NCBI GenBank assembly: GCA_051453625.1 | Contig: JBOZIK010000001.1 | Span: 8,934,853-8,972,999 of the forward strand | From: Welwitschia mirabilis | Taxonomy: Eukaryota | Direction of reading: 5' to 3' | Length of the DNA: 38,147 nt | Notes under the pieces: generated by a model | Database searches by the model: none | Told to the model about the DNA's origin: nothing | Seen by the model: only the letters and a program-made list of their open reading frames with translations | Made by a program: the position numbers and the translations under genes | In this document: positions 11,118 to 22,745 of the stretch, one piece after another | Layout: each line of letters starts with the position of its first letter | How positions within the stretch are numbered: the first letter of the stretch is position 1

Positions 11118-12495
11118 TTCCTAATAATGGTATCAAATTCTATTCATTTAAGTACAATAAATCAGATATAAACTCACTTAATACTTAGTACCATTCTCTC
11201 TATAAGATAATCAGGGTAGGTTTTTAGGATTTACACAACTCTTTCTTAATTACAAGTTATAGTTAAAGAAAAGGAAAACAAAGAGAGTTGAGAATATTGG
11301 TTTAAAACTTTGTTGGAAAAGTAAGGAAGCAAACAAGCTCAAGTTTTCACTCGATTTATCCACTAGCAATTCTTCACTCTGATAATATCTTGTACCTTCC
11401 TGAAACATACTTCAAATTATCAAGTAATGATAGCTCAGTTCATGATGACATAATCTCATTCACCATATGAGAATTGGTGAATTCAAATGTCACTTAGTCC
11501 TTCATAACCCTTAAATAAGCATGGAAAGTAAGGACTTAATGTACTTAAAATCCATCAAATAGAAGAGACATAGACTAATTAACTAATGAACTAATTTAGT
11601 TAACAAAAGAACTTGATATCATAGATTTACTAAGCATTAAAGTTATGAAGCTATTTATGACTTAAAATCAAAATGAACATCTAGTTACATTAAATCAAAA
11701 GAGATACATTACATCAAAGAAAGAAGAAGGAAGCTGGAAATGGCTCTTCAAGCTATCCTTAAAATAAGCTCACTCCCTAAAAAGAGAACTTAGAAGGCCA
11801 TGTTGACTTGATACTCCAAAAGTTCTATTACTTCACCAAAATGAAGGATGGCATACATGAGGGCTCAAGGCCTTTTTATAAGCAAGTATGAGGTGAGGGT
11901 TGGTTACAAGCCTTTAGCTTATAGAACTAGGTAAGTAGTTATAAAATATAGCATGTAGCATTAGGTAAAATCTTTATCATCTTGCATTAGGTAGAAAACA
12001 TTATGATGAGCCCAACAACTGGCTTCTAGATGTTGCTGTTTTTATCAACTAATAATGTTGTCATATGTCTTCATCATCATTCTACTTAGCACTATCACAT
12101 GCCACTGTTATGTGTCGTCATCATCATGACCATGTGTCATAAGACATACTAGTTATTTCTGATGTGAAATCTGATTAGACCCATAACTGCATTCAGTTGA
12201 ATTTTGCATGAAAAGTCAAGAATGGGAATTTTAAAGTTTTCTGCTCTGAAAGACCAATGGTGTTAGTGACCTAGATGGAGGCGCTAGCGTTTTAAGCTCA
12301 ATGATCATCACGTTTTAGCATGTCCTTCAAAATGAGATAAATGTCTTGAAAATGTTATAGGAAGATGATAAGTTTATTAAAATATTAAAAATAGTAGAAG
12401 ACATAATTCCATGATAAATTGGTTATATTAATGTTTTTTGTTAAACTAAATTAATCAAATAACTTGATTAGAATGTTAATTTTTACATGTTAACA
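11118..12495 (-). mobile_element. Second Athila-type element on the minus strand: 5' LTR (about 11141-12495) and decayed tRNA-Asp PBS (11118-11135); 5' UTR extends toward about 10205
   Basis: The minus strand starts TGTTAACATG at 12495, with TATAAAAAGG near 11871-11880. TTCCTAATAATGGTATCA differs from the Athila PBS complement TCCCCGGCAACGGCGCCA only by C>T and G>A transitions. Confidence 0.55.
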
Positions 12496-13729
12496 GAAAA
12501 CCATACAATAGAGTAAGTAATTGGATCTTTGCAATGCAATTTGAGATAATAAGAATAATTTAACCAAAAAAAAAAAATTTCACAACATCAACACACTAAA
12601 ATTAGAAAAAGATATGTTATTAAAAGAAATAGTGTCAATAAAATGGTTTTGTATTTTCTGAAATACTACAAAGAATAAAGTAGGAAAGTATAACCTATCT
12701 TTTAAATTCTTTGTAGATTTGTAAAGATAGGATTTTACTAGTGTTGTAAGTATAGAGCGTTTGTGTTCCAGATTGCAAGGTTAATAGTGGAGGAAAGTAT
12801 GTTTTGATTCAAAGCAGGATGAGGTAGGTTGTATTATTAAATAGTTCATTAGAATGAGTTGTTTTACACTTAGATGATGTTGAATAATTATTTCAATATG
12901 AGTTGTTCTACACATTGATGATGCCTCTGTGAGTTATTAACCAAGTGAATTTATGTGGCCCTATCAATAAATATATATGATATTCTTGGAATACTTTATG
13001 CTTATTTTCTATATAGAATATGTAACGTAACAACTAACTAATAATAAAACATTTAGCTAAAATTAAATTTAATATAAATTATAAAAATGATTATTTAAAA
13101 TCTTTACCCAATTAAATTATCTAACACTAAATACTTTGAGAAAGCTAAAGTGCTAAATGCAATTAGCTAGAGGTCTTCTAATGCAGAAAGTAAAAATGAA
13201 CTTAATATAGCTCCAATGTGCAATGGACAATGATCAGAAAATAACACTCAATTGTATTTAAAGGAATTAAGTAACAAGAACAGGTAATAAAAGAAACAAA
13301 TAAAATTGCATTTATTAATCACAAGTAAGATGAGTCCATCAAGGCCATCTCATATATGAAGGCATACTCAATGCTACTTCCTTGGGTGTGGTGTATGCTA
13401 GAAGTAGAAAAAGTAAATTCTATAAGAGTATATGAAAGAGTTAAGTGATTTATTCTAGTTTGAGGCTACTTTTATAGAAAACAAATTCATGTGTATGCAT
13501 TAATACATATTAGTCTCTGCAACTTAACCTAACAAAATAAGACAATGACTTTAGTAGGTGTGTTAACATGCTTAGCAAATATAGCAAATATAGCAAATAC
13601 AAAGAGAACATCACAAGGACTTGAGTATTTAATATATAAATATTGTATAAGACCTCATTATTCTATGATGTCATATGCTTTAATATTTCTATATCACATA
13701 TATGTGATAGTTCATTTGTCATGATTTTT

Positions 13730-14824
13730 TTGCAAAACTATCTAACGATGGAAAAGATAGAATTCCAAAACACACATAGAGTTAGATGAATTCTAGAAAT
13801 TGCATAGAACTATTTTTAAAGGAGGCATTTGAGTTGTATTCCATGGTGTGTTTCATCATGTTTCAAAGGGAGCAGTATTTTAAAATGGAAGATATACATC
13901 ATCAAATGACATTTTTAGGCATAACATAATAGAATGCTATTGTAGAAGAAATGAATGACAACCTTCTTAATATGGTGTTAGTAATCTCATATACAAGGAG
14001 TTACTTGCCTATTTATAGGGGTAAGCATTGGATATATCTACTCAAATATTGAATAGTTTATCGAGGAAAGAAATAAAACCACCTAACAAGTTGTGGAGAA
14101 GACATGTCAGAAGTGTAAAACTATTTTGATTATTTGTGTCTTATTGTTATGCATTTATCTTGCCATAGAGTCATAAGAAACTTTAATCACATGCTCAGGT
14201 AGACAGATGTGTTTGGTATGGAGTTAATACAAAGAGTTATAAAAGTCTATTTTCCTTGAAATAATAAAAGATTATTCTTTCTCACAACATAGTGTTTAGA
14301 GAGTGTAAAGAAAAGCTCATAACATTAGATAAAAGAGTGAAGATCCATAAGGTGAAACATAAAACCAAAATCTTAAGTGATTGTTTACACAAATTCTAGT
14401 ATTTAGGGGGGCCAAATGATGCTTTGAATGTGATGATTCAAGTGCAAATACAGTAATTTGTACACAAGTGGCTTTGCCACCTATCTAAATGTGGGCATGC
14501 ATAGTAATAGAATGCTTAATGGTTAGAGAAAAAGTATCTTCAAGTACAAAATTTGAAGAGAAGGCTTTTAATGAAGAAGTTTTTGATAATGATGACTTTT
14601 AGATGTAAAAGTTTCTGATCTCACTTTCATAGTATCAGATGTCATGAAGCATGACAGCTTTTAAAGGTTTTAAGATTAGATGAAGTGTTTAAATTAGAAA
14701 CTTGGAAAGGGAGAGCAATTCATTAAGGGGGGATGAAGATACTTAATTTGAAACTAATTTTACAAAAGTTTACTTTATTTATAATAAGTAATCAAGACAT
14801 TCAAAAAAGCAATGATTTACCTAG
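13730..14824 (+). pseudogene. Ty1/copia integrase and pre-RT remnant (left part of an element split by the Tat insertion)
   Basis: IHHQMTFLGIT**NAIVEEMNDNLLNM resembles the copia INT GIHHQ.T.P.TPQQNGVAERMNRTL. The segment ends KTFKKAMIY. Confidence 0.7.
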
Positions 14825-15980
14825 TGTAATATGTTTTTTTTTTTTTTTTCAACCATATCATGTAGGGGCACTCACCCTTAGGCAAGGAGAGGGCGGCAAC
14901 ATAGAAAAGTAGGTGCATGCCTACTAAATCGAAAGGAGAGCATAATGAGGAGTGCAAAAAAGAATAATAGTGCCTTAGAAACAAGGAATCACATGAGGAG
15001 TGAGTGAGAAGGGCACCAAATCAAAGTAGTTCGAGGAAAAATAAACACAACACAGGTAGTGCAGGCTCACAGAGTACAAGGGAGTGGCGCTTTGGAGGAG
15101 AGCACATGCAGTAAATAATGTGCAAGAGAAGAACACTGGAAGAAAAAAAGGATATTCTATGATTCACAATGGAAGATATAGTTCATCAAAAATTTGCTAG
15201 GTTAAATCATGAGTTTTAAGAATCATCCTTTCAATAAGCCTATGTTGGCCAAAGGATGTTTTTCCTAATATTTTCCTCAATTAAATGGTTCATTTCATTT
15301 TAAAATCAATGTACAAACATAAAGGATTAAATCCTCCTTCCACTTCTTATACTCTTTGAATAGAGACCAATTGTATTTCATTGAGAATAACCAAAGAAAT
15401 TTTATTATTTTAGAGAGATGAATAACTTTATTATTTTTTTTTTATTGAACCTTTCATGTTTTGAAACCTCCACCTAAAGGGTGATTTTTTCTATCTCTTT
15501 TATTCTATTACCTATCACTTAGAATTTGTTTGTTCATTTTAAATAATAAGGAATTTTCATTTAATTTTTTTCTTTTTAATTTGGTAATCACTTATGTGCA
15601 TGTGTGTGTGTGCGCGTGTGTGTGTGTGTGTGTGTGTGAAAATACTTTAGCATTGTCTAATTCCCAACGTCTTTAATTTATTCGATTAAAATTAAGACCA
15701 TGGATCTTTCTTTGAGTTCATTTTCAGATGAAACATTTACAAGATTATTTTAGGTATCATTCCTAATATCAAAGAAAAACACAAATGAATATAGGATGGC
15801 TGAGACCTTCTTTATTTTATTTTACCATAATGATAAGATCATGAACTATTAAATTCATAACATTAGCCACTAGTTTTACTCTTGAGTCTTACCTATGACT
15901 ATTAAACTACCTTTACATTCAAATCTATCTTCCAAAATCAAGATAAATCAGGTTGTGGAGGGGGAAAAATCTCGTAAATA
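14825..15980 (+). repeat. 5' LTR of the Tat/Ogre element
   Basis: TGTAATATG...GGGGAAAAATCTCGTAAATA (terminal CA mutated to TA). Colinear with 25510-26709. Confidence 0.93.
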
Positions 15981-15983
15981 GTT

Positions 15984-16000
15984 TGCCGCTAGAAGGAGGG
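15984..16000 (+). promoter_or_regulatory. Primer binding site, tRNA-Asn type
   Basis: TGCCGCTAGAAGGAGGG is one mismatch from TGGCGCTAGAAGGAGGG, the complement of the plant tRNA-Asn(GUU) 3' end as recalled. It begins after a 3-nt spacer from the LTR end. Confidence 0.8.
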
Positions 16001-16247
16001 CCTCTCTTGTATATTTTTCAATCATTTGTTTGATCTTTCCCATTTACATTCCCTACCACCTTGTTGTAAACTTAGAATAGTTAAAGTATCAGTGTCAACA
16101 AGAGGCAAAAAGGTTATATTTTTGAGGATATGTACAAACTTCTCATCCAATAAGATCCCTCTATGCTCACCGTGGATGAGCTTTGCGTGATCATGGACTA
16201 CAAAACCTATTGAAACCCATACTTTGTCCACCCTAGTAAGCGAATTC

Positions 16248-18480
16248 ATGTTATGGCATCCAAAAGATTAGAGTTGACTAATCAAGAAAAGATTTAGGCT
16301 CGTGAGAATGAATTTCTTCATGAAAGGAGCAATAATGAAGAGTTCATTAATGAATGCAATTATGAGAAAAATCCAAAAACCTAGTTGGAATCACAAGCAC
16401 AAGGCCTAAAGAAACAAGCTAACAATGATAGCTTATTCAAATACTCCACACATGGAGAAGAACCACCCAGAGACAGGTAAGCTAAAACTAGAGCTTCCAA
16501 CCAACCTGATTTGACTACTATTTAGGAAGCTATTAATAACTTAAAATGAGGTCTCCAAAATCAGAAAATCTATTTTGAATCTGATTTCGACGATACCCCA
16601 TTCACCCCTCTATCCCCTATAAAATCCTCACACCAAATGAAATGTCAGATTTCAAAAAGTTCACTAGTTTTAAATACATGTGTCATATACAACATTGTAT
16701 GTCATCTCTTCTGTCACTCTCTAAAGAGACAAGCTCTTGAGTGATATCACTACATACCCACTCACCTTATCAGAGGTTTGAAATAACTCCTTGAAATGTT
16801 TGCCCAACATTATTCAAATAATACCTTAAATAGCATGACCTTAGACACTCTAACCACCATCAAACAATAATTCAAAGATTGTACAAGAATACATGTGTCA
16901 ATGGAGAGTTATCACATTACGGCTAAAGACATTCATCACAGACTCAGACATGGCATACCTTTTTGTCAAGTCATGCATGCCATATGTGTCAGAGCATTTG
17001 AGAATGCAGCTTTCAAGAATTTTGAACAAGCTGTGAACTTGGCCAAGAGGATAAAAGTTACAGGAGAAGAAAAGGGAACTATAAAATATGACAACAACAT
17101 GTCCTAAAGGGAACTATCAAAAAAAGGACAACAACATTATAGGTAACAACCCAAAGAACATTACTGTTGTTAATTAACCAATTCAACCAACTTATCCACC
17201 CGATCGATGGGCAACCTAGTGATGATGCTAATGGCATTTTAAGTTCTTTATGCTCTATAAGATTTTGCTTCTGAAGTAACTTATCGTTAATCATACTATC
17301 CTTCATCACAATAAGTGAAACCTTCACTACCACCACAACCTTAACCACAAGCATACACAACTCAAAGTAAAGGATCAAACAAGCTTCCAAGTGAAGCTTC
17401 AATCCCTTAACCTAGAAGGAGTTTCGCAAATAGACAAATCCTCCTGATGCTACTCAAAAACATGGTAATCCAATTACCTCTGATTCAACAAAGAGATCCC
17501 AACACACCCAAATGAAGGGGGTATGATGAGTCGAAGCACTATGAGTATCATCAAGTCCAAGGACATCACACTGGGAACTATTTCAACTTAAGACACAATG
17601 TTTAGAATAACATCGAAAATAAAAAGAATATAAAATTTGACACAATCTTAGCAGCTAGAAATGAACATCTTGAGATCTATAAAAACCCTTTTTCTTTTCA
17701 ATCCTTCACATCATAACTGCCACAAAATGTAGCATTTCAAAATGATAATAATCCCTTTGCCATTCTAGTAATCGAGAATCCACCTAAGAAGTCATTGAAA
17801 TAAATTATTTAAGAGAACAAAGAAAAATTAGAAGCAGTAGTTCGAATGAAATATTCTTAGACTCGTCCTACCTGTTGATCACATGCATTAACATAGCCAC
17901 TCAACTCTAAAGTAGAGGAGGTATATCATTATTTAACCTCACTAATTGAGAGCTTTGAGCTCATAGACTCGCATTTGAAAGAATATGCGAGAAGCATTTA
18001 AGCTTAAAATCACATCCCAATCAAAATCAACTATCTAAAGAAGAAGCCACCTCAAAGCAGCTAAATATTCAAAAGAGCAAANNNNNNNNNNNNNNNNNNN
18101 NNNNNNNNNNNNNNNNNNNNNNNNNNNNNNNNNNNNNNNNNNNNNNNNNNNNNNNNNNNNNNNNNNNNNNNNNNNNNNNNNNNNNNNNNNNNAGTATAGA
18201 TTACAGAGCCGAATTAAATGGGATAGGTTTGTCATGCTTAGAAAAGCTCAAAAACGGTCATCTCTTGAACATGAAGAAAGGTGTGATGATCAGCGGGTTT
18301 AACAATCACAAAGACAAATTGAGGGGAACAATCACTTTACCTATTAAAATGGCTTAAAAGGTTGAGGATACTAAATTCCACATAATAGATAATGCAGCAG
18401 TGTTTAACTTATATTAGGGCATCCTTGGATAATGGACATGACACAATCATATCCTTGTCTCATTAAAAACTAAAATATAT
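16248..18480 (+). pseudogene. gag and aspartic protease remnants of the Tat/Ogre element
   Basis: LFCHSLKRQALE*YHYIP (retrotransposon gag); YEYHQVQGHHTGNYFQLRH (decayed Tat-type Cx2Hx4Hx4C knuckle); ISGFNN...GTITLPI...FHIID...FNLLLG.PWI (protease C-terminal half; the active site is probably in the gap). Confidence 0.8.
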
Positions 18481-19559
18481 TAGCTCTTAAAGTTCAGCAC
18501 CATTGGAAGGAAATCACATCGTAGAAAATGTGAAGGGTTCATCCACATCATCTTTTCACCATTACCTCTTGCACTTGAAAAGATGATTATCCCTTTTTGA
18601 CTATTTGAATATGATCCAATGAACCCTCATATGATAAAGGTCTCACCCATTTCTAACACTCAGATCCTAGATGTGGGGTGAATTCCATTTCTTACAGGAC
18701 TTTCTAACAAGCTCATGATTCAAAATTCTCTAAAAAACAAAAGTTATTAAACAATACTTTATTTAAAACCAAAAAACCAAAAATACTTTATTTAAAACCA
18801 AAAACCCACACACCACAAAAAAAAAGATGAAAAACATAAAAACACAAAAACTTAAAAAAATGTACATGTGTGCATAAACCCCCAAAAAAAACAAAACGCA
18901 ACAAAAAAACATAAAAATAAAAAAATGTAAATATGTCTATGTTAAAAAACAGAACAAAACAAAAAGAAAACCAAAAAGACCAAGTGTTAGTTTACTTATA
19001 TAGCTAAAACGTAAAGGACAAGGTCCTTAATGGTCAAGTACATCATGCAAAACAAGTTTGCATAGCCAAGAAAAGTCTTGAAAGCTAAGCAAAAGCCTTA
19101 GCCTATCACATCACTCATGAACACTCTCAAAGTGTAATTTTTTGAAACTTTTCAAGAAAAACCCAAAAAAAAAAAAACAAGAAGAAGAAGAAGAAAAAAA
19201 GAAAAAGCAAACTCTCTTCTAAATAATTCATGTTTTACTTTCTAATTCTTTTAGTCAAAGTAGCTTACGATTTTTTTTTTTAATGTTTTCTTTTGGTTTG
19301 ATTCTCATTATTGGTTCTTGCCTTAATTCCTTGGCTTGTAAGACACCATAATGAGGAGTTAATTAGGTGTGCTCTTGCATTCAACTCTTGATGGTCAACT
19401 TATCAAAACATATGTTAATCTCAACCACTTTTAGTTTTTATTATAGCAATTCCCTAGGAAAACCTTGTATCTTTTCAAATCAAGAGTAAATGAGTGAAAA
19501 CGCTAAGGCGTATGCAAAGATGAAATAATTTCTGGTGTAGTAATAGAATATTACAATGT

Positions 19560-20990
19560 ATGAAGCAATAGAATATTGCAATGTATGACTTCCTAATGGA
19601 CTTTACTAGTTGAGAGAAATCTTTTAAAATCAATGAACAACTACCATAACAAACTAAATTTGAGCTCACAAATGTGTTATCTTTCAATAGGGACATCTTC
19701 ATCTCACATTACAAAGATATGTTGAGTATCGACAAATCAATATTCATACATAATATCATCCTAAAGCTAAATTCAATCCCAGTGAGACTGAATATTATAA
19801 ATCTTAATCCTTGTCTTGCATTAGTGGTAAAACAAGGCCTAGACCATCTTTTAACTGCTAGTTTCATCCGACTGCTAGACTATTCAGATTGGCTATCAAA
19901 CATGATGGTCATTCTAAAGAAGAACGATCAGATCAGGATCTGTATTAATTACCATAACCTAAACAAGGTTATCTTGAAGGATGATTATCCTTTATTAAAC
20001 ATCGACATCCTAGTAGACAAAGCTGCTAGTTATGATCTCTTATTATTCATGGATGGTTATTCAGGTTATAATTACATATTTATCATTCTCACGGATTAGC
20101 AAAAATAACTTTTACAATGCCATGGGTCTCTTCTATTACGTCAGGATGCCTTTTGGATTAAAGAATACTAGTATAACATACTAGCATGTAATGACACACA
20201 TCTTTCATAACATGATCCATCGAAACATAGAAGATTACATGGATGATGTTGTAGAGAAGTCAAAGATAGTTACTAATCATCTTAATGAGTTAAATCAACT
20301 CTTCATGCAAGTAAGGCAATATAATATATGCCTAAATCCAAAGAAATGCATGCTTGGTGTGCCATTAGGTAAACTCTTAAGCTTGTGGTATCAAACAGGG
20401 GAATAGAAATTAACCCAAACAAGATCAAGGTAGTCACTAACATGCCACCACCATGGAATTTAAAAGAACTGCAAAGTCTACAACGTAGGCTGCAGAAAAT
20501 ATGTTAGTTATCTCAACCTTAACAGATTGATGTAAGCCATTCATGCACTTGCTTAAAAAAAATAGCAAGTTCAAATGGAACGAGAATCACTAAAAGGCCT
20601 TTAAGAGGAATAAAGAGTATTTAATGTCTACTCCTATTTTGAGTCTGCCTAGGTCAGATTGATTATTTAATCTTTATCTTGCATATACCTTGTCATCGAT
20701 TAGCATGATAATCTTTTAAATAGATAAGCTTCATCGGGATCACCCAAACTACTACATCAATAGGACACTACACCAATACAAGAAGAACTAGATTGACATG
20801 AAAAAGACATGTTTGCGTATAGTATGCACTTCGCAAAAATTTTATTATTACATGATGACGAACAAAAACTTGTACAGCCTAAACCTACTCAAACATTAGA
20901 CTAAATGGATGTTAATCCTTAATGAATTTGACTTGGAATTTCAATCATAAAAATCAGTCAAAGAGAAGTGCAAAGCCAAATAAATGGTAG
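19560..20990 (+). pseudogene. RT and RNase H remnants of the Tat/Ogre element
   Basis: YSDWLSNMMVILKKNDQIRICINYHNLNKVILKDDYPLLNIDILVD; FMDGYSGYN; MPFGLKN; EDYMDDVVEKSK; LNPKKC; KWMLILNEFDL. Confidence 0.95.
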
Positions 20991-21078
20991 GTCTCCCAAC
21001 TGAAACTAAAGATAAAGCCCCTAGTGAGTTTGAACAATTCCCTAACAAAGAAATTCACATCATCAAAATGAAAAAGAA

Positions 21079-21450
21079 TTGGGATGCATTGATGTTCCTT
21101 AATGGCATATTCAATCGAAATGGTGGATTTACAAGAGTAGTCTTTTTTCTTAACAATAAAACTAGTCTGCCATTCTCTTTTAAGTTAACTTTTCATTGTA
21201 CAAACAACATTGTCCAATAGGAGGCTTTAATAAGAGAAATCATACTAACCATTTAAGTGGGTTTCAGTAAATTACACATATTCGATGACTCATAACTAGT
21301 CGGCAATCAAGTCTTAGGCAAGTATGAAGCTAAATCAGGAATCTTAGATGCATATCTCTAAAAAGTAAGAAAGCTTCTTACATCAAGTCATGTGAAATTC
21401 TAGTTGTCCCTAGAAATAAAAACCAATTTGTGAACTATCTTGCAAACTTC
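21079..21450 (+). pseudogene. Additional (archaeal-like) RNase H domain, aRH
   Basis: WDALMFLNG...FSFKLTFHCTNNIVQ*EALI...LHIFDDS*LVGNQV.GKYEAK...VPRNKNQFVNYLAN matches the Tat aRH consensus (CTNNxAEYEA, GDSxLVxNQ, PRxxNxxADxLA). Confidence 0.9.
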
Positions 21451-21599
21451 ATGCAAACATGTTTTAAAGATCCATCTCTTAAAGAGTACATCACATGCAT
21501 GGACATTAGTCAAAATTTCCTTGATGCATACATGATAATTGCTTATTTAGAGCTATTACAAGATGAAGTAATCAATTAATAAAAGATCCCAAAGCAAAT

Positions 21600-22745
21600 A
21601 ACGAGTGGTATAACACTTTTGTGGACTACCTCACCGAGCAAAAGCGACTAGGAAATCTTTCGTCACTACAAAAGCAAAACTTTAGGGATCAAGCCATGCG
21701 CTTCAACCTAATCCAAAATCAATTGTATAAAACATTAAATAAAGGTATCTTACTAAGATGCCTAAAGTCAACTAAAGCTGCTTATGTCTTAAAACAGACC
21801 CATGCTAGACTAGGTGGGTCCTATCAGGGGGTAAAATAACTATTGGGTCATGTAATAAGGTCTAGTTATTTCTAAAAATTAATGAGTGATGACTACTTTA
21901 AGATCATGAGAACATGTCATACCTATCAAATATTTTCATTAAGAATATGTCAATTGCTTATTGAACTCTTTCCTTTCAATTCACTTTATATTTCTAGGAA
22001 GTATGGTATGGATTTGATCAGTCATATCACGCATACCTCATCGGGACAACATGCCTTCATCGTTACTATGATAGAATACTTTTCCAAATGGGTTAAAACA
22101 ATCCCATATGGTAAACAATGTCAAAGAAAATCCAAAATTTCATTTTTAATCATATAATCACTAGATTTGGTATGCACTATGTCATTGTCACCGATAATAG
22201 TCCATAGTTCAGATCATCAAAATTAAGGAATTTCTTGAATAAATTCAAGACAAAACACTCATTTTTTACTCCGTGTTATCCTCAAGCAAATGGACAAGTT
22301 GAGGAAATTAATAAAATCATAATCAACTGCTTTAAGAAGTTGTTGCAAAGGAATACAAAGTCGTGATGTGAAAAACTACCTTTAGTGTTATGGACTTACC
22401 ATACTATAGTTAAAACGGCTACAGGAATGACCCCGTTTCAACTAGTCTATGGCACCAAAGTGATTTTGCCTATCTAGATTCAAATTCCCATGCTAAAAAC
22501 GCTAGTTAAAGATCTAGAATTGTTTGATGCTAAAAAGGAAATTGGACTTGCACAACCTGAAACTTTTGATAAAAAGTGGGTAAAAGCCTTACAACAANNN
22601 NNNNNNNATCAATATGAGAAAAATTATACTGAAGTAGAAAAGGCATGTTTGAGTTTAGTTTTTGCTTCACAAAAGTTTTGTCATTATATTAGTTAGGACC
22701 ATTTATCATTTCACAGAAGTTCAATAAGGGAACATACAAACTAAG
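21600..22745 (+). pseudogene. Integrase remnant of the Tat/Ogre element
   Basis: LLRCL...THARLGGSYQG; CHTYQ; YGMDLI; IEYFSKWV; IVTDNS; TPCYPQANGQVE; TATGMTPFQLVYG; GPFIISQKFNKGTYKL. Confidence 0.92.
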
